Shown here one piece after another: positions 36,042 to 48,178 of a stretch of 64,000 nucleotides of DNA (position 1 is the stretch's first letter; each line of letters starts with the position of its first letter). Source of the DNA: Oopsacas minuta. Taxonomy: Eukaryota > Animalia > Porifera. The notes under the pieces are model-generated. The model made no database searches, was not told where the DNA came from, and worked only from the letters and a program-made list of their open reading frames with translations. Location of the stretch: assembly GCA_024704765.1 (NCBI GenBank), contig JAKMXF010000365.1:994131-1058130 (forward strand). Reading direction: 5' to 3'. Both the position numbers and the translations under genes were made by a program.

Positions 36042-36920
36042 ATGAGTTATTTTGCTAAGCCTAAGATTAAACCTGCAGAAACCAACGATAACTGTCTACC
36101 AGTTGTAAAGTATAAAGGAAAGGTTACACCTTTTATCAGTGTAGGTAGAGAAGGTACACGTGAGGGAGAGTTAAAGAATCCATGGGGAGTAACAGTGGAT
36201 TATAAAAGTGGTAATATCTACGTTGCCGAACAGAGTAATGACAGGATACAAGTGTTTGACAGAGGTGTATATTTATACAAATTCATATCTAAGAGGATGA
36301 ATTCTCCTCTTGGTCTTGCTATATCTCAAGAGAGATTATTCGTCACTCACTATGCAACTGGCTGTTTGTTAGTGTTCAATTTAAACGGAGAATTAATCAC
36401 TCAATTTAGCTTAAATTCTAAGGGGAAGACTATAGGCCACGAGGAGACTGAATTCCCAAGTGCTCGTGGCCTTGCTTTAAATGAGAGTAATGGAGATTTA
36501 TATGTTTGCAATAAATCTGACGTAAGAGTACATATATTTTCAAGTGACTACTTAACCCAAAGTTATTTCGGAATTGGGATAGCATTGCCATTAGATATAC
36601 AAGTTACGAAGGATTGTATCTGTGTCTTGTCTAATAGAAATCCATTTTTACACACTTTTGATTTCAATTTTACTCGAATTCAGAATTTAATCTCAGATTC
36701 TATTTATGGACATTTGAAAGCTCCGAATGGGTTTTATATAGATGGAGCAGGTAATTTTATTATTTCTAATTTCAGTCAAGATTCCGTAACAGTAGTTGAT
36801 AAAGATGGATCAGTACTTTACAAGTTCACAAAATATCTGAAAGGTCCTATTGGGATCACATTAGATTCAAATAGTCGGATACTTGTTGTGGGTCACAATA
36901 ATAAACTTCTCATATTCTAA
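36042..36920 (+). CDS. Stand-alone NHL-repeat beta-propeller protein, 292 aa
   Basis: Repeated NHL units: GELKNPWGVTVD...IYVAEQSNDRIQVF, SPLGLAI, ARGLAL, APNGFYID..GNFII, GPIGITLDSNSRILV. Confidence 0.88.
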   Translation: MSYFAKPKIKPAETNDNCLPVVKYKGKVTPFISVGREGTREGELKNPWGVTVDYKSGNIYVAEQSNDRIQVFDRGVYLYKFISKRMNSPLGLAISQERLFVTHYATGCLLVFNLNGELITQFSLNSKGKTIGHEETEFPSARGLALNESNGDLYVCNKSDVRVHIFSSDYLTQSYFGIGIALPLDIQVTKDCICVLSNRNPFLHTFDFNFTRIQNLISDSIYGHLKAPNGFYIDGAGNFIISNFSQDSVTVVDKDGSVLYKFTKYLKGPIGITLDSNSRILVVGHNNKLLIF

Positions 36921-37664
36921 CAGTTCTTATTACGTTTCAATGAATTTGTTGTAAATTTATTTCTTTTAAAACTATTTTTATGTTTAACCCAGCAGAACAT
37001 ATTATCCGTAAACAGAATACGTATTCTCTATGTTATATTGTGTTGTACATAGTAATGTGATGAATATCTTAAAATACTGTGTGGAAATTTTCTTGTATAT
37101 AATTTTAGGTTGTACACTAAACAAACTAATTCGATACAAATGTCCTGAGGACACTTGAGTTGTAAGGATGCTTACACGCCAAGTGACTAGCATTAGTACT
37201 TTGTAGTCATATTTTCTTCGTTGAAATCAATCCTAAATAGTTGCCCCCCCCCTCCCCCCTAGAGTAGCTAAACATGTATAATTCCCTAGGCTGCTATTTA
37301 AGTATATATATACGATATGTATTTACTCTAGGTTATATCACATTGATGATTGAATGGCTACTTCTGGCTCAGGTGAAGAAGGAAATAGTTTTGACCTTAA
37401 GGTTTTTGTAAATTATTATTCCTATAAAATTTGAGTCACTTAATGCTGAAAAACCAATCACCGCATCGCGAGCAAGCGAATCCCACTCGTATAATTAATA
37501 AATAGTAATTAGCCACAGTATGCTACCTCAAATTCTCAGTGCCACTTAATAGATTTACTTACTTACTTACATATACCTTACTATAAGTTGGCTCAGGTTG
37601 TTATTTTAGATTTATTATTGTTTGTAGCAATATTTCAGATTTGAATTTTTGTTTTTCTATTTCA

Positions 37665-38384
37665 ATGGATATTTTGTACTTTGTGTTGTTCCCGCTATTC
37701 GTTTTAGTTTGTAGTTACATTTATGTCGCTAGAAATGAAGCATTAAAGCAGAAAATATTTGCTAAATTATGGTTATCGGGAATGAGTAAGCAAACAGACA
37801 TCATGTTATATCGGTGTAAGAAGGAATTAATGAAAAAGGTTAAATTGGAAGGAAATCTCCTGGAAGTTGGTAGTGGAGATGGCATTAACATGAAATATTA
37901 TTTACAATATAGCGACAACATAAAATCATTGACGTGTATAGAGCCAAACAAGCAGTTCACAGATGTATTAAATTCAAAGAGTACTTCTTTTCCTATCAAT
38001 AATTACAATTTAAGATTCTCAGAGTTTGTAGCAAGTAGCGAGAAGAAGGTAGATAAATTTGATGTTATAATACTATGTCTAGTGTTGTGTTCAATAGAAG
38101 ATCCTAGTGAAGTTATTGACGAATGTTACAAACTGCTAGTACCTGGAGGCAGGTTGCTAGTGCTGGAGCATGTCATTGATCAGGAGAGTACACAAGCTAT
38201 GTTAATGCAGTATCTGTTTAATCCTTTGTGGAAAATATTTGGAGATAACTGTTGTCTGACTAGACAGCCTTTTTTACATCTGAGGACTATGGACTGGACG
38301 GATATTTCTGAACAGATGATAAGGGTTAACAAGAACAAGATTCCTGTTTTAAGACAGTTCTATTCTTGTGTAGCCACTAAATAA
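37665..38384 (+). CDS. METTL7: SAM-dependent thiol methyltransferase METTL7/TMT1-like, 239 aa
   Basis: N-terminal TM, motif I LLEVGSGDGIN, FDVII..LVLCSI, LVPGGRLLVLEHV, CCLTR. Confidence 0.85.
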   Translation: MDILYFVLFPLFVLVCSYIYVARNEALKQKIFAKLWLSGMSKQTDIMLYRCKKELMKKVKLEGNLLEVGSGDGINMKYYLQYSDNIKSLTCIEPNKQFTDVLNSKSTSFPINNYNLRFSEFVASSEKKVDKFDVIILCLVLCSIEDPSEVIDECYKLLVPGGRLLVLEHVIDQESTQAMLMQYLFNPLWKIFGDNCCLTRQPFLHLRTMDWTDISEQMIRVNKNKIPVLRQFYSCVATK

Positions 38385-39425
38385 CGTAATTTTACCATCT
38401 CTTTGTTGTTATGTATATATCTTTATCTTATCTAAATTTGTTAGTTGTAAAATACGTATATTCAGCTATATTCGACTACTGTTGAGAGTTCCCGGACTGG
38501 GCCGAGGCTGGCAAGAGGGATTTCCAAGGTTGAGTTAAACTTAATTCTCCGAAAGTCCAAAACCAAACTGAATAAACTTGAGGCCTCATTTGAAATTTTA
38601 TTATTACTTGCTGACTTACAGTATCTATAATTTAACATTCAAACCTATAGTATGTTTATCATTTATATATTTCATGGATTAGCGTGAATGCTAGTCTCAT
38701 ACGCGTTGTACTAGTTTTTCTTCGTGTTTAAGTTGTTGAAACTGTTTTTTAGGGAAGAGATTAATTTATAGTCCCAATTAGTCTTTAACTGGATTTTGAG
38801 TTGTCTAGACGGATTTTTATGGATTAGTTTAACCAATAGATTGCTATTGTTTAACTAATTTTAAAAATTGGTCTCCCAAGACCAAAATTTTCGTGACAAC
38901 AGTTTCACAATTTCGCTCAAAAAGGTATCCCTCTAACTTCCCCTCCAACTGGGGAAAATAACCTCGATATCTTTTGTAAAACTAATAGCATTGCTAGAGA
39001 GTTCTAATTTCTTACCTTTGAATAGCATGTATAGTATGATTAGTATCTTATAAGTCATAACTATACCAAAAGTTATAGCCTAACAAGTTTGTTTAAGAAT
39101 TACGATTATTTTATGGACTATGGAGTCAGGACACGTATATGTCTTTCAAAAGGAATTAATTACTTCTACATCATTCAGTGACGTAGAGAGGATGGCGCAT
39201 TTGATGTATTTGCTCCACCTCTTTTCGTTGCGTCAGGCTATGTCATAGCACATTCCCCCTATTTCTTGCTACGTGCTGAAGTAATCTGTCAAAGCTGGCT
39301 ACCCCATCGAGTCATCATTCTTACCCGACATTAATTAATACATAAAAGTATTTTATCCTAAATTACCACATTTATCCTGACATTAAATAATTGTTGGGAG
39401 TTTATCTCTACTATTCTCACTTAGC

Positions 39426-41981
39426 ATGAATTTACGTTATAAACTCGTATTAAGTATTGCTATAATTCTCCTCTCATCCCTCCTTCCCTACCTCAACACA
39501 CTGCAGGGAGATCTTGTACATGATGATAAATTTGCTATAGTAGAGAATCCTGATATATTAAACAACTTGAATATCATAAATATATTCAGTAATGACTTCT
39601 GGGGTACTCCCATTCTGAATCCAAAGAGTCACAAATCCTACAGACCTCTTACTATTCTATCTTTTAAACTGAATCACTATCTACATGGATTATCTCCCTA
39701 CGGTTATCATCTATTCAATATATTAATACACTCTCTTAATTCTCTTATGTTATTCATCATTTCTTATTGGTACATATTCCAGGATAACATAACACTATCC
39801 TTATATACTGCATGTTTATTTGCTTCTCATCCGATACACACAGAAGCAGTAGCTGGTGTTGTAGGGAGAGCAGAGCTTCTAGCTTGCTTCACATTTCTAA
39901 TAACTTTATTACTCTATCATCATCTGTGTATATCTACTAATTCTAGTACTCAGATTAATTACTGCTCTCATATATTTGTACTTCTATTAGTTGGTGTAGT
40001 TACAGGTATAGCTACTCTGTGTAAAGAGAATGGAATAACCATATTGGGTGTATGTGGAGTTATTGATCTTACTATATACTCTAGAAATAACGTTAGAACA
40101 GCTGGAGCATTTCTGTATAAATTAGAATATAGTAATGCATTTAAATGCTGTAAGCTGTTCCTGATGAGATCGTTATTCCTCTTCATTACTCTAGTACTGA
40201 TTCTATTTCTTAGAATTCTAATTCAAGGAGGAGAACTTCCCAAATTTCTTGACGAAGATAATCCAGCTTCATTCTCTACCCCCCTTACCAAATTCCTAAG
40301 CTATAATTATATCTATTTTGTTAATGTATTTCTACTCCTCATGCCTTCTAGACTGTCTTATGATTGGCAGATGGGGAGTATACCATTGCTACAGGAAATT
40401 ACTGATGAGAGAAATATCTGTTCGCTAACACTCTGGGTTATGATACTGTGTGTTCTATTTAAGCTCTCTTATTATTGGATTAAGTCATCTGATGTCTGTT
40501 ATAAACCAATACTATACTCTCTTGTACTACTGATTGTACCTTTCCTTCCTTCCAGTAATCTATTCTTGAGAGTTGGGTTTGTACTAGCAGAAAGAGTGCT
40601 GTATATTCCAAGCATCAGTTTGTGTATTTGTATTCCTGCTGGATTCAATTTACTTTTTAATAAGTTCAAAATTCCAAGGCTGTGTTCACTTTCTCTATGT
40701 TTAATCGTTATATTATTCTCATTGAAAACTTATCAGAGAAATAAAGTATGGCTCAGTAGAGAATCTCTATTCATTTCTGGTATCAGAGATATGCCTAATA
40801 ATGCAAAGATGCATTATAATTACGCTAACTTCCTTAAAGACAATCTACAGACCCCAGAAGCTATTCTCCATTATAAATCAGCTGTAGCTTTATGGCCATC
40901 TCATGCTAGCTCTCACAACAACCTGGGTACTCTATTGGAGGGAGAGGAAGCTATACATCACTTCAGGTCTGCTATTGCTGCTAAACCTACTCATTCTAGA
41001 GCTATGTATAATCTGGGCAATCGTCTGGCTAAGGAGTACAAGTACTCAGAAGCAATAGACACCTACTATTCCTCTCTACGTGTTGATAATTCCTCTAGTG
41101 ACTGTTGGCTGAGTCTAACTGCAGCACTAATTAAGACACAGGCTTCTGTTAATGAGATTAATTTCAGCCTACAAAATGCAGAATCTACAGCTACACGATC
41201 ACTTAGCAACTGGCTTAACTTAGCACAGATGTATCTAGATGTAGGAAATTTATCCAAAGCAGAAGTGTATTTCACTAAATGTATAGAAGAGATAGCTAGT
41301 ATACTAAAGGATGGTACTGAGAACTGTTATCTCGGATTAGCTACTGTGTATCGTAGAAACAATGAATTGGTTAAAGCAGAAAGATGGTATGAACAAGCAC
41401 TTCAATTATTCCCAGATTTTAACCTAGCTTACACAACTTATGGATCATTTCAATTTAATATACACAATTACAAAAGAGCTGTTGAGTTGTATAGAATTGC
41501 TTTTAATACATTTCCAATACAAACAGAAGAAAATATTTCCAATTTTGTGCAAATGCTATTGAAAAATGGATTGATTAATGAAGCTAGATCGTTAATACAC
41601 AAACACTTCAATTCAAATACTCAATCCGTTATTCTGCTTAAACTATTCATTCAGATTGAAATGGCAGATAAGAAAGACCTGTATGCTATTGAACTGTTAA
41701 CAAACTACTCTAGCATTGTAGAGAATAATGAAGATTTGTTATACTTTAAGGCTATAGCACTCAGAAACATTGGTAACTATACTGAAGCACTTCATGTGTA
41801 TCAAAGTATTCTGCTAACTGATGCTAATAACTCTAGAGTACTTCATGATATAGGAGTAATATACCATATACTAAAGAAGTACAAAGAATCTCTATTCTAT
41901 TATGAACGAGCTCTTGATCTAACGCCTGGAGATCCGTTAATTATGCAGAATATACAAAAGGTAAAGAAATTTATTCCTTAA
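39426..41981 (+). CDS. TMTC: Protein O-mannosyltransferase TMTC family (TM + DUF1736 + TPR), 851 aa, single exon
   Basis: LVHDDKFAI..N, DFWG, SHKSYRPL, HPIHTEAVAGVVGRAELL, CKENGIT, LSYDWQMGSIP, GFVLAERVLYIPS, then TPR repeats. Confidence 0.95.
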   Translation: MNLRYKLVLSIAIILLSSLLPYLNTLQGDLVHDDKFAIVENPDILNNLNIINIFSNDFWGTPILNPKSHKSYRPLTILSFKLNHYLHGLSPYGYHLFNILIHSLNSLMLFIISYWYIFQDNITLSLYTACLFASHPIHTEAVAGVVGRAELLACFTFLITLLLYHHLCISTNSSTQINYCSHIFVLLLVGVVTGIATLCKENGITILGVCGVIDLTIYSRNNVRTAGAFLYKLEYSNAFKCCKLFLMRSLFLFITLVLILFLRILIQGGELPKFLDEDNPASFSTPLTKFLSYNYIYFVNVFLLLMPSRLSYDWQMGSIPLLQEITDERNICSLTLWVMILCVLFKLSYYWIKSSDVCYKPILYSLVLLIVPFLPSSNLFLRVGFVLAERVLYIPSISLCICIPAGFNLLFNKFKIPRLCSLSLCLIVILFSLKTYQRNKVWLSRESLFISGIRDMPNNAKMHYNYANFLKDNLQTPEAILHYKSAVALWPSHASSHNNLGTLLEGEEAIHHFRSAIAAKPTHSRAMYNLGNRLAKEYKYSEAIDTYYSSLRVDNSSSDCWLSLTAALIKTQASVNEINFSLQNAESTATRSLSNWLNLAQMYLDVGNLSKAEVYFTKCIEEIASILKDGTENCYLGLATVYRRNNELVKAERWYEQALQLFPDFNLAYTTYGSFQFNIHNYKRAVELYRIAFNTFPIQTEENISNFVQMLLKNGLINEARSLIHKHFNSNTQSVILLKLFIQIEMADKKDLYAIELLTNYSSIVENNEDLLYFKAIALRNIGNYTEALHVYQSILLTDANNSRVLHDIGVIYHILKKYKESLFYYERALDLTPGDPLIMQNIQKVKKFIP

Positions 41982-42284
41982 ATAAAATATTATCCTATTT
42001 TGATTTAATAGTTTTATTCAATTGAAGAAATGCATTTATTTATTTTATACGAGATTATGTCAGCCTTTGAGTCTTCCAGTTTCTTTAATTAATTCTGAAC
42101 ATACAAACAAAAGTTGAGCAGATGAGCTAAAGGATTTGAGCTAAACCCTTTAGCTTATCCGGTCGTGTATTATTAGGATACTACCGCTCTGCGGCTTGCG
42201 AACACTGTGCTCGCATGGGGCTTGGCACTTCGTGCCTCGAATTAAGCAAAGCATATAAAGTGCGTTGATGACAAATTCATATTT

Positions 42285-42680
42285 GGAATCAGCGTACCCG
42301 ATTAACCTGGTAGAACGGTTGAAAGCAAGTTTCTAGGATTAATTAGAAAATATGTAATTGAAATATCAAATTCGATATATCTGGTGAGAACAAGTCTCTA
42401 AGTATATTTCGAGAATTCAGCAATTTGTTTACTTTAAATTCATAAAAACAACAACAAATTTACATATGATTAATCCAAAAGTGTGAAAATCGGATTCAAC
42501 ATGTTCGATATATTTAGTGAAGTTTTATTTAATTCTATTTTCTTCCTTGATAAACACGATAAATACATAGTTATGCGACAATTTCAAAATTGCATACCGT
42601 AAATCCTTTCCTTGACAACGGATAAATTAATAGACAGACAGACAAACAGACAACAATTGAAATTAATAATATAGATCTAA
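42285..42680 (+). repeat. Dispersed repeat family, Helentron/DINE-1-like non-autonomous element; other copies at ~4630-4740, 8790-8880 (rev), 50990-51330 (tandem), 60355-60620 (rev), 61950-62250
   Basis: About 200 bp of 42430-42625 is near-identical to 62025-62220 and to the reverse complement of 60390-60620. Copies begin ggaatcagcgta / ggactcagcata and end with a (CAGA)n microsatellite plus ...aatatagat. Confidence 0.6.
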
Positions 42681-43370
42681 GCTGTAAATTCACTGTTCAG
42701 ATAATTATTCCTATATTGTATATCTAATTTATTTCTCTAATTTTTCGGGATTTATAAGTATATTAACTTTTGTAATAAACAGACGTAAACTATTTATTTG
42801 AATAATCAATTGTGAACACAATAAGTCTGTCTATTGTTGGGGAATTACCGAAATTATGAGGTTAGAAATAGGGTTTCGATCTGAAAGAATGGATGGAATT
42901 CAAACTTTTAGTGCAAAGAATTAACTGAAAGTTATGGTGAAGGGTATATTCAACTTTTAACCATAAATATGAGTTTGAATACTAATTCATTCGGAGTTTC
43001 ATTATCTAAAGGTGTTAGAATTCACATTCGATCGGGGGAAATAAGACGATCCCGGAACAATAGCCAAACCTCGGCAAAACAGGGATTCCCGGTCGATCGC
43101 TAAGTACAACCAACCATTATAGGCCTCTTAAGATTAGTTGTGTTGTACAAGTAGATGTATACATGGTCTAATGATTAGGGATAGCTTTGGATCGATCACA
43201 ATAAGTCGATTTTTAAGGGGGCAAAGCCCACCAAACCCCCTAGGGCGCTCGATTTGTGTACCCCCCTCTATAACCCTCTGGCTATGCTACTGCTGTTATG
43301 TAAGCTTCTAGTATAACTGGAAAATTATTAGCCTCTAATTGCGCTACAAGATTACTCAGCAATTTATATT

Positions 43371-44738
43371 ATGGACTCTGTTGTGGAAAATACACCAACA
43401 GACTCAATGAACATTTCTGTTTCTGACTTCACACAACACCTGTCATTGATAGAACAGCAATTAGAATTTGATCCTGATAACCAAACACTCATTTCTGTTA
43501 AGAATGATATTTTAAAGTTTCTGGAACTAGCTAACAGCAATATCACAGGTGCTATAACTGATGTTATGACTCCCTCTCAAAGCATAGAACATACTGAGAT
43601 TGTTGTTGGTGAAAAATATTCTATTCAATACACAAATTATACAGGTGAAATAACAACCAGGAATTGTATTATAATGGAGATAGACTCTACTTCTAACTCC
43701 GCCGTTGTTCTGTTCACTCATCCGACAGAGCAGTCCATGCTTCCTTGTCAGTACTTCCTTGAAGGGAATTGTAAGTTTGAAGAAGAGTGTAAACACAGTC
43801 ACGGATACAAGGTTGATTTATCTCTGATAGATAGTTACGAAGAGATTGATATCTCACAAGCTCAGGAGGATGCTGCTTGTCTAGTGTATGATAGTAATGA
43901 TGGTATCTGGAATAATGGAATTATTATAAAGAAATTCGATACTAAATGTGAAGTGTGGGTAGATAGATTGAATAGGAAAGAGCAGGTTCCAATAAATGAC
44001 TTATTTTTGCTAAAGACACGTACAAATGAATTCTTACAATCATCTGGAGAAGATAGTGAATTTGAATGCAGAACTATTTCAGGATCGTCCAGTCCTCCAG
44101 TCATTAAGGAATTTAATGGAGAAGTTTCCTGGGAGAGACATACGAGAGGAATAGGTTCTAAGCTGATGAGTAGAATGGGATATATTCCAGGTAGTGGACT
44201 TGGCGTAGAAGGTAATGGCATTAAAGACCCAGTTGAGATTGTAGTCCTTCCGAAACGGAGAAGTCTTGATCAGTGCATGGAATCCAAACTCAAAGGTACA
44301 ATCAAAAAGGAGAAAATAATTCACAAATATAAGAGGTCTATTACAAAGAAAGAATTTAAGAACAAATCAGCTGATTCTGTCAATTTGGATGTTTTTGATT
44401 TCTTGAATGACTCTATTCATCTTCAGCAGTTAGTTCATAGTGAGAATGAGAGAAAGGAGAATAATCTACACAATTATACCAGAAACGATAAGAAAGGATT
44501 AGATGTATCACACTCTAGAAGACTGCAATTAGACAGACAGTTGAGAGATGCTAGAACAGAAGTCGAGAAACTCAAACTATCTCTCTATAGAAATAGAAAA
44601 GATTCTGTAATAGCTAAGCAGATAGAAATTAAGCTTAAGAAAGGAGAGAGAGATTTATCTCTGTTGGAACAGGAAGAGAGTAATATTAATTTTAAAATAA
44701 GTTCTCAGAAGAAGAGGGCTAATATGGCTGTATTTTGA
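43371..44738 (+). CDS. ZGPAT: Zinc finger CCCH-type with G-patch domain protein, 455 aa, single exon
   Basis: CCCH PCQYFLEGNCKFEEECKHSHG, Tudor-like region, G-patch WERHTRGIGSKLMSRMGY..GSGLG..GNGI..PV, C-terminal coiled coil. Confidence 0.93.
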   Translation: MDSVVENTPTDSMNISVSDFTQHLSLIEQQLEFDPDNQTLISVKNDILKFLELANSNITGAITDVMTPSQSIEHTEIVVGEKYSIQYTNYTGEITTRNCIIMEIDSTSNSAVVLFTHPTEQSMLPCQYFLEGNCKFEEECKHSHGYKVDLSLIDSYEEIDISQAQEDAACLVYDSNDGIWNNGIIIKKFDTKCEVWVDRLNRKEQVPINDLFLLKTRTNEFLQSSGEDSEFECRTISGSSSPPVIKEFNGEVSWERHTRGIGSKLMSRMGYIPGSGLGVEGNGIKDPVEIVVLPKRRSLDQCMESKLKGTIKKEKIIHKYKRSITKKEFKNKSADSVNLDVFDFLNDSIHLQQLVHSENERKENNLHNYTRNDKKGLDVSHSRRLQLDRQLRDARTEVEKLKLSLYRNRKDSVIAKQIEIKLKKGERDLSLLEQEESNINFKISSQKKRANMAVF

Positions 44739-45327
44739 TTCTTATTATTATTATTTACTTAACTAATAGTTTGTAGTTATAATGGTGGCACATCCATTTC
44801 ATACAGTACGTGACCATCGTACTATCTATATTTACCAGGTGCTCGGTTAAATCAACCTACCTGTTATTTAACCCACTGTTTGACACAAGGATTTGAAATC
44901 TTGCTTGGATTCGTGTCCAGTGTGGACTGCCCTCGTTGGCGGACATTTTGGGCATCCTTCTGCTCGCTCCCTGATAAGAATTAACTTTTATGAAATTACC
45001 TGACTACATCCCGAAGAGGTTAACAATTTGGATAATAATCGTTACTATGAGGCTCAAAGCGAGGAGATTAAGAGGCTATACATGTATACATAATTATCAT
45101 TTATAATAGCGAAAACAAATACCTTATATCTAGCTCAGCTATACTATAGTACAGTTTTTGCGTATTAACTTTTCTATCTTCGAGGAAGGTCATTTTTTCA
45201 GATTAATGAAAGTCACCTTTTCGAATGAGGGTATGGAGTTTTGATTGGAAAAAACTGTACTATACAATAGCTCAGCTATATATAAGAATCTCTATAAAAA
45301 ATGTAAGTGAGCAAGAGCCACAAGGAT

Positions 45328-45558
45328 TCAGAGCGACATCATTTTACGAAAAAACAGTTGACTTTTCCATTTCCATCCACTTCAGCTTCTCGCATCATCT
45401 CTTCCACCTCCTTGTTAGCTCTTATGCCAGCCTAGTTATAACGTGACGTAATTCACTCGCACAGATCAAACCAGTCCCATTTTTGTCAAACAATCTGAAT
45501 GCTTCTTTCATTTATATCTCGATATCTATCTCTTTCATTTTACGAGCCATCAAGTAGA
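45328..45558 (-). pseudogene. Calmodulin(-like) pseudogene fragment, C-lobe EF3-EF4
   Basis: Manual translation: [68 protein letters not shown]/MMSL*. Collinear with calmodulin, with two stops and two frameshifts. Confidence 0.85.
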
Positions 45559-45697
45559 GGTTGGATTTGCTCGAGCTCTACACCAGGTTAATGTAACTGA
45601 TCTCAAAACCATGATTCAAGCATTCAGGAAGGGCGATATTGTCTATACACAATTACACATAGAGTGCCCACTAGAGTGTTGAGAAGCCCATTGGAAG

Positions 45698-48178
45698 TAG
45701 GGATCGACCGGTTACCCGGCCCCGGCCTAAAGTCCCGAACCTTGCCGGGGACTAGTTAGTTTTAAAAAGATATAATTCACCTTACTATACTATCAGTCTA
45801 TCACTATCAACTACTTATACTAACAAAGATTCTAATGTGTTTGTGAGCTTGCTTCGTCCCCGAAAATTTCTTCAACTTCTAAGTTGTGGTTCGGAAGAAC
45901 AACTTGAGGATGTGGCTGCTGTAGCTTGAATGAACCAAAACCAATCGCTCTGAGATTATACTTGAGAAATAAGAGCTTCTCTATGTTAGGAGGGAGCAAA
46001 CGGATCCTATCGCCTTGAGAAATTTTACCGGCCATTTTAAATTCTCGTTCACTTGGAACTGATCCGCAAGGTGGACTCAATTACTGAAAGGCAAGTATAG
46101 ACAATATTGGATACAGATTCAAGTTCATACGCCAGTACCGCAATGTATCTAGCTCTCGGTGAATTTTCTTGTCAGCGAAGTAGTGCAACATTTCATGTTT
46201 TACTTCGTTTCTGATCGTATCTTCCTCATCACAAATAGTATTATTATTAACCGAATCGGATTGGCCATCTGAATCACTTAAAATTGCATCCCAGCAACTT
46301 TTTGCAGGGGAATCGGCGTTAATTTGAAAACTGCCTTCTGCCAAAGACCGTTTAAAGATGTTGGAAGCAACACTAGTTAATCTACCCTTTGCCTCTTCTG
46401 CTTTCGCCTTATCCATAAAGCCACTCGTTTTATATCTAGGATCCAGAAGAGTGGCCAGTGCATGCACTTCACTTGTTTCGACATCAACGAAATGCACTCG
46501 GGGATCAAGCCCCCTAAAATAACGTTTCAGCTGTACGATCATTTCGTTTTTCATAGTATTGATTCCAAATTCATCGATAGCATTCAATTCATAAAATATT
46601 TTCTTGATGAATGGAATGGTATCGGAAATGCAAGCATATTCGTGTTCTGCATCCAATGTTGCATCGGCGAATGGTTTTAATAAACGAATTACTTTGGGAA
46701 TAAGCATCCAGTCATTTGGAGTTAGTTGGTATTCTATATTAATATCATCTTCTGCGCAACGAATAGCACGTTTCTGCTGAATTAACCGGACTAACATAGC
46801 ATAGTAAGAACTCCAGCGTGTTTTCTCGCCCAAAATCAGAGTGCGTCCAGGAACACCATTGTAATCTGCTTGACGACCTCTGAGAACTCCCATCGCCTTC
46901 AGACTCTTCCGAAAAAGGAAATCAATTTGGTGGCACGGGCCATCATGGATTGGACACCACTTTGTTCAAAAATAGAATTCATGACCACTAGATGTATAAT
47001 ATGTACAAACAACCTGCATTATCTTGGTTGTTGATAACCATGGCATTCACCATATTGAGGGCATTATCTCGCAATATCAAGTGGAGCTTTCCCTCTAATT
47101 TCCAATAAAAAATGATCATGCGCAACGTCTTGGCAATTGAATCAGCTGTATGTGATGTATCATATGGAAAACAACGCAGCACAACTGCTTTTCGCTCTCC
47201 TTTCTTGTTGATGAAATGCAGCGTGAAGCTAATAAAAGCGTGTTGACTCTTTGATGTCCAAATATCAGTCGTTGCACTACAAAAGTCTCCGAGATTATTG
47301 TGCAACAGCTCCATGATATTGAATTGTACACGTCTGTATATATCTGGAATAATCCTTTGGCAGAGCACTTTTTCACTTGGAACATCGAATTTGTGATTCA
47401 AATGACTAATAAAAACGTTGAATCTTTCGTTTTCAACTGTAGTGTAAGGGAGAAGTGAATCACATATCCATTCAGCTAAAAATAATTCCCCCTGTTTTGA
47501 TCAGGGTGATCAGGTAGCCATTTTTTTCAATTCGAATGATTCTTCTAGACTCTGTTAGGTTTGTGAACCTGGGGTAGCCAAAATGTAGATAGATTGTTGC
47601 TTCGAATTCTCCTTATCTTTTTTGCATCTTTTTGCTTCATCAGCATTTCCTATTATTATTGCCTCCTTGTATTCGACAGGGTGATACGATTCCAAGTGAC
47701 TCCAAAGCGATTTAGTTGAAAAAGACTTTTTTAAACCTCCATGAGTACCCCTTCGGATCTTCCTCGTTTTTCCGTGACAGACAGAAATGTTGCATTTGGC
47801 AATTGATTCATCTGAACAATCGACATCATAAAATCTCCAGACCTCAGATGCGTACCTTTTGGCCATTGATATGAATAGTAAATTCAAACAATCAATTGTA
47901 TGTATTATTTATATTATTCAATTATAATTACCTTTTGACACTTTCAAATAACATGTACTATATTGATACTATGTATTGAGAACCCAGATATCTGATTACA
48001 ATTACGACTCTATTCACGTTGACTATATTTTCACGCTGTTGACTTTAAAGGAGCTTTGCGCATAGGTTTATAAGGTGAATAATATTACTAATTAGCACAG
48101 AAACAACTGTAAACTTGCATTATTTACTATAAACTCTAACCCCGGCCCCGGCAAAATTTTGCCCCCGTTCGATCCCTA
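45698..48178 (-). mobile_element. Full-length hAT (Ac/ZBED-like) transposon, 2481 bp, transposase frameshifted
   Basis: TIRs TAGGGATCGACCGG / CCGTTCGATCCCTA; 8-bp TSD attggaag / atcggaag. BED finger (SEVWRFY...C...LWSHLESYH), TTDIWTS, RDNA, TRWSS, LLDPRYK, SVPSEREF and dimerisation domain are spread over four ORF pieces. Confidence 0.95.

Noticed and set aside
39150-39330. Minus-strand TRWGS peptide resembling the hAT TRWNS motif
   Set aside because: A single short motif among stops; insufficient.
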